From positions 320,001-384,000 of the forward strand of contig CAVYES010000005.1 of assembly GCA_963767735.1 (NCBI GenBank): a stretch of 64,000 nucleotides of DNA, in the 5' to 3' direction. The notes below the pieces were generated by a model. It searched no databases. It worked only from the letters and a program-made list of their open reading frames with translations, and was not told the DNA's origin. The position numbers were made by a program, and so were the translations under genes. This stretch comes from Candidatus Bathyarchaeota archaeon (GTDB lineage Archaea > Thermoproteota > Bathyarchaeia > Bathyarchaeales > Bathycorpusculaceae). Of this stretch, positions 20,993 through 30,587 are shown one piece after another (position 1 is the stretch's first letter; each line of letters opens with the position of its first letter).

Positions 20993-21045
20993 GTTAGGCT
21001 ACGGTTAAAAACGGTTAATAATGGTTAAGTCTGGTTTAACGGTTG
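20993..21045 (+). repeat. 10-bp-phased GGTTAA direct-repeat array upstream of a BRE/TATA-like element
   Basis: acggttaaaa-acggttaata-atggttaagt-ctggtttaac followed by gaaaaggtttaacc (~21056). Confidence 0.6.
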
Positions 21046-21399
21046 TATTTGGCAGGAAAAGGTTTAACCCCCTAACACACTCAGTTAGCTTCAAAGCAGC
21101 CATAGGTAAGGAAACCGAATACAAATCCCCACACTCATCAGATGGGAATTCAAACTAGAATCCACCCAACTCCTAACAGTACACGTCCGATTGTTTGGCC
21201 GCGGAATCGACGAAACCTTCCACACAAAAATGAACAAGACGGCCGCATACTTATTCCCCTTTTGACATTGGCGCTAATCTCACGAGAAGAAAAGCCAGCT
21301 CTTGCAGGTCACATTTTTAAGGTATCGTTTGAACCCACATGACAAGGTACTGGTAAATGTCGAGCAAAAATGTAAGCTAAACCGTACAGCTTTTATTTT

Positions 21400-23217
21400 T
21401 TATTTGCTTTCTGTTGGTTTAACTTGGTTCAGCGCCGTAACCCATTCTTTTGTGTTCATTAAGCATGGCGCAGACGGGTACTTTTTCTTGTATTCATGGC
21501 TTAGTCTCACTGCCATCGGTGGGATTATGCCGGCTTTTTCAAGTAATTCTGCATTTGAGAAGAAACCCCTTGTTGATCCGTCGTATGTTACGGCTCCGTT
21601 ATGCATAACTATGACTCTTTTTGTGTGTTCCGAAACCAGTGTCATATCGTGAGTAATAGCTAAGATTGTGGTGCCAGCCTTGTTTAGTTCTTCAAGCAGG
21701 TTCATGATGTCTTCTGACATTCTGAAGTCTTGACCAGTCGTTGGCTCATCCACTATCATTATTTTCGGGTTCATGGCAAGAATAGAAGCTACGGTTAATC
21801 TTCTCTTTTCGCCTTTTCCCAAAAACATCGGGTCCTCATCGATTTTTGAGAGCAAACCAACGCTCTTCAACGCTTCTTTGACTCTTTGATCCAATTCTTG
21901 CTGCGGCGTCTTTAGGTTTCGCAGTCCATAAGCCACTTCGTCATAGACTTTTCTCATGAAAATCTGGTTGTCAGGGTTTTGGAATACGTATCCGACGTAG
22001 CAGGGTATTTTCTCAATCACTTTCTTGTTTCGCAGGTCCATTCCCATTACTTTCGCTTCACCCTGGAACTTCTTGTACAAGCCGCTGATTATCTTGGATA
22101 TTGTCGATTTACCTGCCCCGTTTTGCCCTATAAGTCCCACATATTCTCCTTGTTTTATGGCGAAGGTTACTCCTTTAAGAGCTTGTGTTCCATCTTCGTA
22201 GGAGAAGCCAAGGTCCTTGACGCTTATGATTTCTTCAGCTTTCTCGTCAGGCGGGTCATCCTCAATGTTTGCCAAAGCGTTTTGTTTCTTGTCGTTAAAC
22301 GCCGCCATAATTTCTTCGACAGTGAAGGGAACTCTGCCATTGTAACTTAATTTTGACTGCCATCCAATCCTTGTTATGTCAGATGCATAAAGCCCATTTT
22401 CATCAAACAGCTTCGATTGGCAGTAAACTTGTTCTGTGGTGCCGTATGCAATCATTTCCCCGTTGTTTATGGCAAGCACCTTGTCAGCGTATTTTTGGAT
22501 GACTTCAGGGTTATGTTCAACTATAACTATTGTCAAGTCATACTGACTTCTTATGTTATCAATAGCCTGAATGATACTTAGCTTCCCTTCAGGATCAAGA
22601 TTAGACATGGGTTCATCCAGCACCAGCAGGTCTGGCCGCAGGGCAATGAAAGAAGCAATTGCCGCCCTTTGCTTTTGTCCTCCTGACAGCTCGCTCGGGT
22701 GAATAAGGTCTGCGATCTGCCACAAGTTACCCAAACCGACAATTTCCAATGCTTCTTTGGCCCTTCGCTCAATTTCGTCTACAGGCAACCCAAGAAGCTC
22801 CATGCCGAAGCTAATTTCATGGAGAAGATCCATTCTTAAAAACTGGTTTTCTGGGTCTTGGAGAAGAAGTCCAACTCTTGGAGTTGCCTGTTTCAAACCG
22901 ACAACTTTGTCAACTAATTTGCCAGTTTTCTCATCAGTTACCGATTCAACTTTAGTCAGTGTTTGCCCGAAAAGTTTTATTTCGCCTTTTATGTGCTCTC
23001 TTGCTTTGCCCAACGGAACCGTGAAAACATGCGGTATTATTCCAGTCAAGGCGTAACAGAGTGTAGTTTTACCTGCGCCGCTGGGTCCGATAATACCGAA
23101 GAAATCGCCTTTGTCAACTTTAAATGACAGACCCTTCAAAGTGAAAGGGTTCTCGGTTCCTACGTAAGTTCGGTATTTCCACCAGAAATCGTTGACTTCC
23201 AATACCGACATGCCCAT
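21400..23217 (-). CDS. ECF transporter fused double ATPase (EcfA-A')
   Basis: Two Walker A motifs (GPSGAGKT, GQNGAGKS), QDPENQ/QNPDNQ, DEP motifs. Confidence 0.93.
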   Translation of the reverse strand: MGMSVLEVNDFWWKYRTYVGTENPFTLKGLSFKVDKGDFFGIIGPSGAGKTTLCYALTGIIPHVFTVPLGKAREHIKGEIKLFGQTLTKVESVTDEKTGKLVDKVVGLKQATPRVGLLLQDPENQFLRMDLLHEISFGMELLGLPVDEIERRAKEALEIVGLGNLWQIADLIHPSELSGGQKQRAAIASFIALRPDLLVLDEPMSNLDPEGKLSIIQAIDNIRSQYDLTIVIVEHNPEVIQKYADKVLAINNGEMIAYGTTEQVYCQSKLFDENGLYASDITRIGWQSKLSYNGRVPFTVEEIMAAFNDKKQNALANIEDDPPDEKAEEIISVKDLGFSYEDGTQALKGVTFAIKQGEYVGLIGQNGAGKSTISKIISGLYKKFQGEAKVMGMDLRNKKVIEKIPCYVGYVFQNPDNQIFMRKVYDEVAYGLRNLKTPQQELDQRVKEALKSVGLLSKIDEDPMFLGKGEKRRLTVASILAMNPKIMIVDEPTTGQDFRMSEDIMNLLEELNKAGTTILAITHDMTLVSEHTKRVIVMHNGAVTYDGSTRGFFSNAELLEKAGIIPPMAVRLSHEYKKKYPSAPCLMNTKEWVTALNQVKPTESK

Positions 23218-23222
23218 CTACC

Positions 23223-24281
23223 TCACAGTAAGGCGGTGATGGAGTGCCCAAGGAAGACCACGTATATTAATAGTGCGGCTAATATCGCAATTATCGTAAA
23301 GTCCACTACGCTTAATCGCTTTGTCTCCTTATAATCCGTCATTTTGTTTGATGATTCAAAACCTCTAGCGTAGAGCGCCACACCCATCTCTGTGGATCGC
23401 CTAATCATGCTTGCCACTAATGGAATAGACGTATATCCAAGGTCTATAATTCTGGAAAATATGTTTTTTCGAACAACGTTTGCCGCTCTTGCCGTTTGAG
23501 CCATTCTAATATCCTGATAATCCAGCAATAACGTGTTTAGGTTTCTGAACATTAGTGTCACGAAAAACGCTTTCCTAATCGAAACTTTGAACTGTCTGAA
23601 AACTCCAGCAATCTCAACATCTCTGGTCGTTAAAACAAAAAGGAAAGCGGTATAGATCATTACACTATACCCGAGAGCCTTTGATAAAGCAACAGTAGGG
23701 GACCATTGAGGAATTTGAAAAGTAAAACTTGTTCCTAAGGGAACCTTTAGCCATGTAGCCAATGGAGAAAGAGTTAGGACACTCGGCATCACCGCAAACC
23801 ACCCCAATAATAGTGAGGGTATAAGAGACAACACGATATTTCTGCTCTTATAATAAACGAGGGCAAAAACTCCCGCGAAAACTAATGTTGAAACTCCAAT
23901 AGGCAAGAACCCCGGCCAAAAATACAAAGTCATTTTTGCTCCTGGTAAAGAATTGTTAAAGAACAGCCAATAGAAGAACTCGCCTAAAATCACTGGCACC
24001 GCCAGTAAAAGATAAGAATTTGCAAGGTGCTTTGTGGTTCCGGACATTACCAACAGTGTGAATACTAAAACTAGCAAAAGAATTAACCCAAATATGTCTG
24101 GTCCGCCTTTGGTTACGGGGATATCAAACATGTATAGAGCAAGAACAGACATCACCACAATCATCGTTAATTTTGTTATTACATGAAGTTTCTCAATTGG
24201 TGTTCCCGTACGCATAGAAAAAATAAAGGTGGATACGTACTTCTTGGAAGTACGACGTGCTTCCACGTCTTGACTTGCCAA
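23223..24281 (-). CDS. ECF transporter transmembrane T component (CbiQ/EcfT)
   Basis: AQTARA and LYARGF (XRX) motifs, multiple TM. Confidence 0.9.
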   Translation of the reverse strand: MASQDVEARRTSKKYVSTFIFSMRTGTPIEKLHVITKLTMIVVMSVLALYMFDIPVTKGGPDIFGLILLLVLVFTLLVMSGTTKHLANSYLLLAVPVILGEFFYWLFFNNSLPGAKMTLYFWPGFLPIGVSTLVFAGVFALVYYKSRNIVLSLIPSLLLGWFAVMPSVLTLSPLATWLKVPLGTSFTFQIPQWSPTVALSKALGYSVMIYTAFLFVLTTRDVEIAGVFRQFKVSIRKAFFVTLMFRNLNTLLLDYQDIRMAQTARAANVVRKNIFSRIIDLGYTSIPLVASMIRRSTEMGVALYARGFESSNKMTDYKETKRLSVVDFTIIAILAALLIYVVFLGHSITALL

Positions 24282-24319
24282 CTAGATTTCCTCTTAAATT
24301 TTTTGGAGAAGTTTGGTTC

Positions 24320-25024
24320 TCAAGTTACCCAGCCGTGGTTTATGAGGCCCTGCCTTTCGACGAGATTTGTGAGTCCTTTGACAAGCACCGGAGTTATTAC
24401 TACCATTGCCACCAAGTCGCCTACGAACCATCCCCACCAGTATAGCCAGAAGAGGTTACTTGGAATGAGTCCCATTTGATATTGTATTCCAATGCCAAGC
24501 TCTGCACTGATTAAGTTCAGTATGACTCCGTTAATGAGCACAAACCAAACCCATGCCATCGGTCTTTTTGTTTTGACCCCCGCAATTTCTTTTTCCGTTA
24601 AGTCCCTCCACAATGGGTCAAAGCCTCGCTTTGAAAGCAGCCCACGGTAGACTATGAATGCTACTAATGGCGGAACAAAGTCACTTATAGCATACACAAT
24701 CGATGGAACTAGAGGTACACCGACGAACAGTCCTGCTCCGAGCACACAGCCAATATATGCAGCACCAATGCCCCATATTCCCCACCACATGGTAAACACC
24801 AAGAAGAATGGGTACACAAAGTAGAAAAATGAGATTCCAGAGAAATTTATTGGACCAAGCGCCACGTAGCTTAAGTATGATAAAACAATGATTGCCGCGA
24901 TCTGCACTGCGTACAGTACATATTGCGTTGTAGAGACGGGTTCTCCTCTTCCCATTTTCAATCCATAGTTGCTCCAAGGATACTTATTTTGCGTATTAGA
25001 TACTGTCTTTCCTTCCCCACTCAA
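24320..25024 (-). CDS. Probable ECF substrate-binding S component
   Basis: ~6 TM protein at the head of the ECF operon. Confidence 0.7.
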   Translation of the reverse strand: MSGEGKTVSNTQNKYPWSNYGLKMGRGEPVSTTQYVLYAVQIAAIIVLSYLSYVALGPINFSGISFFYFVYPFFLVFTMWWGIWGIGAAYIGCVLGAGLFVGVPLVPSIVYAISDFVPPLVAFIVYRGLLSKRGFDPLWRDLTEKEIAGVKTKRPMAWVWFVLINGVILNLISAELGIGIQYQMGLIPSNLFWLYWWGWFVGDLVAMVVITPVLVKGLTNLVERQGLINHGWVT

Positions 25025-25171
25025 ATGAATCCCCGCTTCTCTTAGTCAGCGCTATCACTATTTAATACTTTTCAACAAAATTTAAACGAACTTTTCCATC
25101 ACAATTTCTTCAAAAATCAGCTTCCAGCAAGCTAAATTCAAACAAAATCAGCCGCATTTTTCCTACCAACC

Positions 25172-27190
25172 TTAGCTTGCTGGGAGATTTACGGTTTTTT
25201 TGTTTGATGTCATTGCCTTTTTCTCCAAATAGTAAACTGTTCCCGCTAGCATTGCGGCTGCGGCAGCTATTGGGGTCCAGAACCACCATTGCAGCCAGAT
25301 GGCTGTGCTTGTTGGTTGTTCGGCTACGTTGAGGATTCGGATGTTTTCTAGGGTGGTTATTGAGTCATGTCCAAAATAGATGCCTGTGGTTGGTTCTATT
25401 GAGCCGGCTGGGTTTTGTGTTCCGGCGAAGACGGTAACGTTCTGTTCTACTCCGTTGACGTAGATGTGCATGCCTGTTTGGGTGCTGCGAGTAAACACAA
25501 CGTGGTACCACTCATTTAGAGAAATTGGCTGCGTGGTGTCTATTTCGTTGAAGCCTCCCGTGTTGGTTGTTACGTAGCCGCGCAGACCGCCCAAAATCGG
25601 AGAGTTGCTGTTGCTTGGCGCGACACCGTTTACTGCGAGTCCTAGAATCCTTGTTGCAGTGAAGGGGTAGGCTGCGGTTGTAGTTACGAATTCAATAACG
25701 ATATTGTTGTAGGATACGTTTTTGAATTGGTTCACTTTGATCCACGCGTCGATGGTGATGTCGCCGGGAATGGTTAAGCTGGGCGAGGCTGGAACATAGG
25801 CGTATGAAGCTCCTGTAAAGTTTAATGCTTCGCCCTCTTTGCCTTTAACTAACTGGGGCGTATACGTATAGTTAGCGGAGCCAGAAGGTAATCCAAAAGC
25901 CTCCAATTCTGCCGGTGGCAGCAAGTTACCCACGAAACTTAAAACTGCCGGGTTATTTCCCGTCGCGTCGGACGTAACACCGTTGGGTTCCACGCTGCCA
26001 AAACTCCACGACGCAGCAACATGGCTGGAGCCGGTAGTCGGCGGAGTTTCAGCCGCTGGGCAGATGGTGTTTGAGATGTCAAAAGGCGTCATGAGCGGGT
26101 ACTTGTCAGTGTTGTTGGGGCAAATTGAGTAAGGCAGATTCATTATTCCAGAATCACCTATCTCCGATGCGTTCGGGTAAACTGTTGAGTAGTCGCTCCA
26201 ATAGTTTCCTCCCAGAGGGTAACCTTCATCCCAAATTTGGATGTCATAGGGCGTGATAGAATATGCGTTGTGCTGGTTGTTTACGAAGTTGTTGTGAAAT
26301 ATCGTGTTGTTGCTGGATAAGCCAAAGCTTGGAATTGAATAGACGCCGTATTTGTTTTGGGCAATATAGTTTGCCGAGATGACGTTGTTGTCGCCTGTGA
26401 GGTAAATGCCTTCTTCGCTGTTTTCAGATATGTTATTTTTGAAGACTAATGAATAAGTCGCGCTTAATCCGATGCCTATCATGTTTTGGGACAGATTGTT
26501 TCCGGTTATGTTGTCTGAGTAGCCTATGATGGTGATGGCGGAGCCTGCGTTGTTGGTTATGGTGTTGTTTGTGATGATGTTGTTTGAGCCACCGTAGAAT
26601 TCAATTCCGTCAGAATCGCTTCCGTCATTATGATTCCCAGATATACTGTTTTGGCTGATGAAGGCGGAGGACTGAACCGAACAAAAGATTCCTGCCAAAG
26701 TATTCACAATATTATTGCCAGTTATCGCGCAGTTGTCGGCTTCAATCAATACGCCGTAAGCGTAGTTGGCAGAAACCGAATAGTTGACGCTTGTGATGGT
26801 GAAACCTGTAATCTTCACGTCGTCCGCTGCAACCGTGAAAACACTGGCCCCAACAGAGCCGCCTTTTCCAACGACAATGGTGTTTGCGCTGTTTTCGCCC
26901 TGCAGCGTTAATGGCTTGTTAATTATCGGGTTTTCAAAATAGGTTCCGCTTTGAACCAGAATTGTATCGCCTGCCGACGCGTTTCCGATGGCGTCAGTTA
27001 TTGACGGGTAGTCGAGGGGAACGATTAATGTTTTCGTGACTGCCAGAGGGTTAATTGAGACCCCCGCGTTTGGAACAGAAGAGCCAAGAGAAAAGCAAGA
27101 AGACACTACTACGCATTCTGGGAGCACCATCATCATAATTAGAGCTGCAAGAAGAAGAACAGAGACGAACCGTTTTTTGGCGGATTTCAT
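25172..27190 (-). CDS. Secreted surface protein: NosD/CASH parallel beta-helix + LamG-like domain + C-terminal TM anchor
   Basis: VPLDYPSITDAI, Asn-rich beta-helix repeats, GGNYWSDY, TIDAWIK..WYHVV..IYVNG. Confidence 0.85.
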   Translation of the reverse strand: MKSAKKRFVSVLLLAALIMMMVLPECVVVSSCFSLGSSVPNAGVSINPLAVTKTLIVPLDYPSITDAIGNASAGDTILVQSGTYFENPIINKPLTLQGENSANTIVVGKGGSVGASVFTVAADDVKITGFTITSVNYSVSANYAYGVLIEADNCAITGNNIVNTLAGIFCSVQSSAFISQNSISGNHNDGSDSDGIEFYGGSNNIITNNTITNNAGSAITIIGYSDNITGNNLSQNMIGIGLSATYSLVFKNNISENSEEGIYLTGDNNVISANYIAQNKYGVYSIPSFGLSSNNTIFHNNFVNNQHNAYSITPYDIQIWDEGYPLGGNYWSDYSTVYPNASEIGDSGIMNLPYSICPNNTDKYPLMTPFDISNTICPAAETPPTTGSSHVAASWSFGSVEPNGVTSDATGNNPAVLSFVGNLLPPAELEAFGLPSGSANYTYTPQLVKGKEGEALNFTGASYAYVPASPSLTIPGDITIDAWIKVNQFKNVSYNNIVIEFVTTTAAYPFTATRILGLAVNGVAPSNSNSPILGGLRGYVTTNTGGFNEIDTTQPISLNEWYHVVFTRSTQTGMHIYVNGVEQNVTVFAGTQNPAGSIEPTTGIYFGHDSITTLENIRILNVAEQPTSTAIWLQWWFWTPIAAAAAMLAGTVYYLEKKAMTSNKKTVNLPAS

Positions 27191-27391
27191 GAGCTTTCCT
27201 TCTCAAACAAATGATATTGCTATGCACGCGGTATATAGCTCTCCCCAGAGAACAGAATGTTCCGCAAGAAGAACAGCCTTTAGGATGTTTCCCATGGTTT
27301 CATTTTTTTCTTTTGCAAGAAATAGCGGCTACCAAAAGCGATTGATCATTTTTTTCTAGTTTCCCGCTATGAACTTTTTGATGCAGAAAAT

Positions 27392-27856
27392 TTATTTGTC
27401 TTGGCTGTATGCTGGCGTTTTGCCTATTTTCTTAGTTAACGATAATCCCTCTCTAAGGAAAAGAATCGTGGCAATCGCTGTTATTGAAAGACCTAACGCA
27501 AAGAAGACTTTGAACTCGTAGGTTTCAACCGCGTAATGAATTGCTAAAACCACAATCTCGATGATGAAGAGTCCGAGGAAAGAATAGAAGTAGAACATTG
27601 CATTGGGCAAGAGGCGGCGGCCAAGCCAGTGATATCCATTGACCCTCATTTTCTTCTTAAGCAGATATTCGCCATACTTGTTTTTCATCAGTAGTTCTGC
27701 GTCTTCGAGTTTCTGGAGATGACGATAAGCAACGCTTGGACTGCTAAGATGCACACCACGCATCACATCTCTTGGACCAACGGGCTTGCCTTCTTTAGCC
27801 ACAAACAAATACACGCTAAGGGTAGTCCCCTCAAACCCCACGCCGTCGTCCGACAA
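27392..27856 (-). CDS. Winged-HTH regulator with two C-terminal TM helices
   Basis: GPRDVMRGVHLSSPSVAYRHLQKL HTH, then two hydrophobic helices; upstream of the NosD gene. Confidence 0.8.
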   Translation of the reverse strand: MSDDGVGFEGTTLSVYLFVAKEGKPVGPRDVMRGVHLSSPSVAYRHLQKLEDAELLMKNKYGEYLLKKKMRVNGYHWLGRRLLPNAMFYFYSFLGLFIIEIVVLAIHYAVETYEFKVFFALGLSITAIATILFLREGLSLTKKIGKTPAYSQDK

Positions 27857-28008
27857 ACCAAGGTCTCCAGAACAAACCCTTAAACTATCTTACCAAGATT
27901 TCTATTTTTCGCTCAGCTCAGAAACTCGCCTAACTTTAAATACAAGATTTTCAGAAGGTAAGCCCCGCTATTTTTCAAATTCATTGGAAGAATTAATATG
28001 TCTCTGAT

Positions 28009-28863
28009 TTGCCATATGATGCAAAGGTTCAAAACATGGTGGTTTCAGACTCTTTTCTTCTGCATCTTTTTTTGGCGTTTGCTGTTGGAAGCCTTTGGGT
28101 AACCTTAATCACGATCGTTGCGGAAAAGAAAGGAAGCATCATAGGCGGAATCCTCGGCGGTCTCCCCTCAACGTCGGCTTTCTCGTTTTTCTTCATCGGC
28201 ATTAACCAATCTTCAGCCGCCGCAGTTCAAGCAACAACAGTGTTCCCGTTAGCCTTCGGCGTCACAAGCGCTTATCTCTTCTTCTTCGCTTTTTTCGCCC
28301 AGAAAAGCTTCAGCCGCGGAATCTTCGCTTCTCTTCTCCTCTGGTTCGCGTTTTCAGGCTTAATTGTGGCGTCTGGTCTGAAGGATTTTGCATTCTGCTT
28401 AGTCGGGGGAGCGGCGATTTCAGTTTTAACCTATTATTCTTTCACTAAATTGCTAAAACTCCAAAACCTAAAAGGAGAAACCAGAATCTACAGAATCCGT
28501 GACGTTGTTTTGCGTGGAGTCGGCGCGGGATTGCTTGTTTTGGTTTCAGTGCTTTTAAGCCAAATTGGCGGACCCGTGCTAGGCGGCATTGCAGCGGCGT
28601 TTCCAGCCGTTTTCACCTCTACACTTGTAATATTGAACAGGAGCAGAGGAAAAGAATTCTCCCGAGCAGTGACTAAACCCTTAGTTTTGTCGGGTATCCT
28701 CACGATTTACCCCTTCTGCGTAGCCGTGAGATATTTGTATCCGAGCTTAGGAATATGGCTTGGAACCTTCGCTTCCTACGCCCTTGTAGTTCCCTTAGCA
28801 ATTCTATCTTATTACCTGGCGCAACGTTTCTGGAGGCTTAACGTTAAAAAACCTGCCATTTAA
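28009..28863 (+). CDS. DUF3147-like multi-pass membrane protein
   Basis: Duplicated GGILGGLPS / GGIAAAFPA repeats. Confidence 0.7.
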   Translation: MPYDAKVQNMVVSDSFLLHLFLAFAVGSLWVTLITIVAEKKGSIIGGILGGLPSTSAFSFFFIGINQSSAAAVQATTVFPLAFGVTSAYLFFFAFFAQKSFSRGIFASLLLWFAFSGLIVASGLKDFAFCLVGGAAISVLTYYSFTKLLKLQNLKGETRIYRIRDVVLRGVGAGLLVLVSVLLSQIGGPVLGGIAAAFPAVFTSTLVILNRSRGKEFSRAVTKPLVLSGILTIYPFCVAVRYLYPSLGIWLGTFASYALVVPLAILSYYLAQRFWRLNVKKPAI

Positions 28864-29013
28864 ACTTGGGCGAAAATGTGAATAAACTTAAGATTGACAA
28901 TCTTCAAAATGTTTAATTAACGCATTAATGGCTTAAGGGTAGTTTGAAATGAGTAACAATTATAGAACAAAAGGTAGGTTCGAGCTACGCGGTTTAGACG
29001 GAAAAGTTGAGGA

Positions 29014-30210
29014 GTGTTTATGAAAGTCAAAGTTTGGAAGTTTGTAGGTCTTCTACTCGTTATTATTTTTGCGTTATCAGCTGCCAACATGGTTCACGCT
29101 GTGGAAGTAACCGCCGTCGTGCCTGTAGGAGCAAATCCCGAAGGGATAGCTTGTGATTCTGGCTTAAATGAGATATTTGTAGCTAATTATGGCTCTAACA
29201 CGGTTTCCGTCATATCAGATAGCAACAACACCGTTGTAGCAACCGTGCCCGTGGGAACTGAACCTACAGGCGTTGCTTATGACTCTGGCAAAGGAGAAAT
29301 CTTCGTTACAAACGATGGGTCGGGTACCGTTTCCGTCATCTCAGACCACAAAAACATCGTTATTGCAAATGTGACTGTTGGAGCCAATCCACTTGGGGTG
29401 GCTTATGATTCTGGTAGGGGCGAAATCTTTGTGGCGAATTGGGGTTCCGACACTGTCTCGGTTATATCTGACAGCAGTAACACCGTGGTGGCAACCGTGC
29501 CCACGGGAACCAATTTTATAGGCCCACTTTCTTTCTCTCCCACAGGCTCGCCTGAACCTATAGGTGTAGCTTACGATTTGGCTAAAGGCGAAATCTATGT
29601 AGTAAATTCTTATCCGCATAGTAGTTTGGGCGGCACAGTCTCAGTCATATCGGACAGCAACAACACCGTCCTCGCAAGCGTACTCGTGGGAGGCGATCCC
29701 TATTATGCAGCTTATGATTTTGGCAAAGGCGAAGTATTCGTAACTAACGATGGGGACGATTTTGTCTCAGTTATCTCAGACAGCACAAACGCCGTTGTTG
29801 CTAATGTAACCTTGCCTAAGGGAGCCTACGGCTCTTGGGGCATAGCATATGATTCTGCCAAAAGCGAGATATTCGTAGTTAACCAGTACGGCGCGGTCTA
29901 CGTCTTATCCGACAGCCCAAACGCTTTTGTGGAGACTGTAAACTTATCTAACTCAACCCTCAACGTAGGAAACACTCACTGCGTAGCCTATGACGCTGCC
30001 AAGAATGATCTGTTCATAACCAATGAGGGCGGCGGCTCGGTCTTAGTCCTATCGGATTCTTCAGGTGCGTCTGCGTCGCCAAGTCCAACTGTGCCAGAGT
30101 TTAGTGGTGCAGGGTTCATTTTAATGGGGGCAGCAGTTGTGGCTATGACCTTGTGCGTGGTGGCATTGGTAAAAAGAAAATCAACCCAAGCTCGCTCAGA
30201 TTTCAAGTAA
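29014..30210 (+). CDS. YVTN/YncE beta-propeller surface protein with PEF-CTERM-like sorting signal
   Basis: Repeats AYDSGKGEIFVxN..TVSVISD; PTVPEF + TM + basic tail. Confidence 0.9.
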   Translation: MFMKVKVWKFVGLLLVIIFALSAANMVHAVEVTAVVPVGANPEGIACDSGLNEIFVANYGSNTVSVISDSNNTVVATVPVGTEPTGVAYDSGKGEIFVTNDGSGTVSVISDHKNIVIANVTVGANPLGVAYDSGRGEIFVANWGSDTVSVISDSSNTVVATVPTGTNFIGPLSFSPTGSPEPIGVAYDLAKGEIYVVNSYPHSSLGGTVSVISDSNNTVLASVLVGGDPYYAAYDFGKGEVFVTNDGDDFVSVISDSTNAVVANVTLPKGAYGSWGIAYDSAKSEIFVVNQYGAVYVLSDSPNAFVETVNLSNSTLNVGNTHCVAYDAAKNDLFITNEGGGSVLVLSDSSGASASPSPTVPEFSGAGFILMGAAVVAMTLCVVALVKRKSTQARSDFK

Positions 30211-30397
30211 AAAACCAAGCTCTGACAATTTACGTTAGTCTTTTAGTTACGTTAAACCTTCTTCCTAAATTGGTGCTCTGTCTCTAGTTTTGGTGTGACC
30301 ATGGTTTGCGCAGAATACAGTGGGAGTACAGCAACTTTTTGTTCAGGCTGTTTTGGGTTGTTTTTTTTAAGCAGAGCTTAAATTGTTTGCAGGTTGA

Positions 30398-30472
30398 GTC
30401 AACAAAAGTCAACAAACGTCAAAGAAAGTCAATAGACGTCAAAAAAAGTCAAGGAAAGTCAATAAAAGTTAA
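30398..30472 (+). repeat. Eight exact 10-bp-period GTCAA/GTTAA repeats upstream of a promoter
   Basis: GTCAA at 30398, 30408, 30418, 30428, 30438, 30448, 30458 and GTTAA at 30468; gaaaggttaag follows. Confidence 0.85.
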
Positions 30473-30587
30473 AGCTTCAGAAAGGTTAAGCCAACGTTTT
30501 ACAAGTTGGAAAGATCTAAAGTTCATGGTCAACAAGGTACATAGCCTTAACGCACCATAAAAAAATATTTAGAGACAGAGCTCTAAA

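Noticed and set aside
30306-30560. 84-aa ORF over the GTCAA array
   Set aside because: A 10-bp period is not codon-phased; the ORF is a by-product of the repeat.
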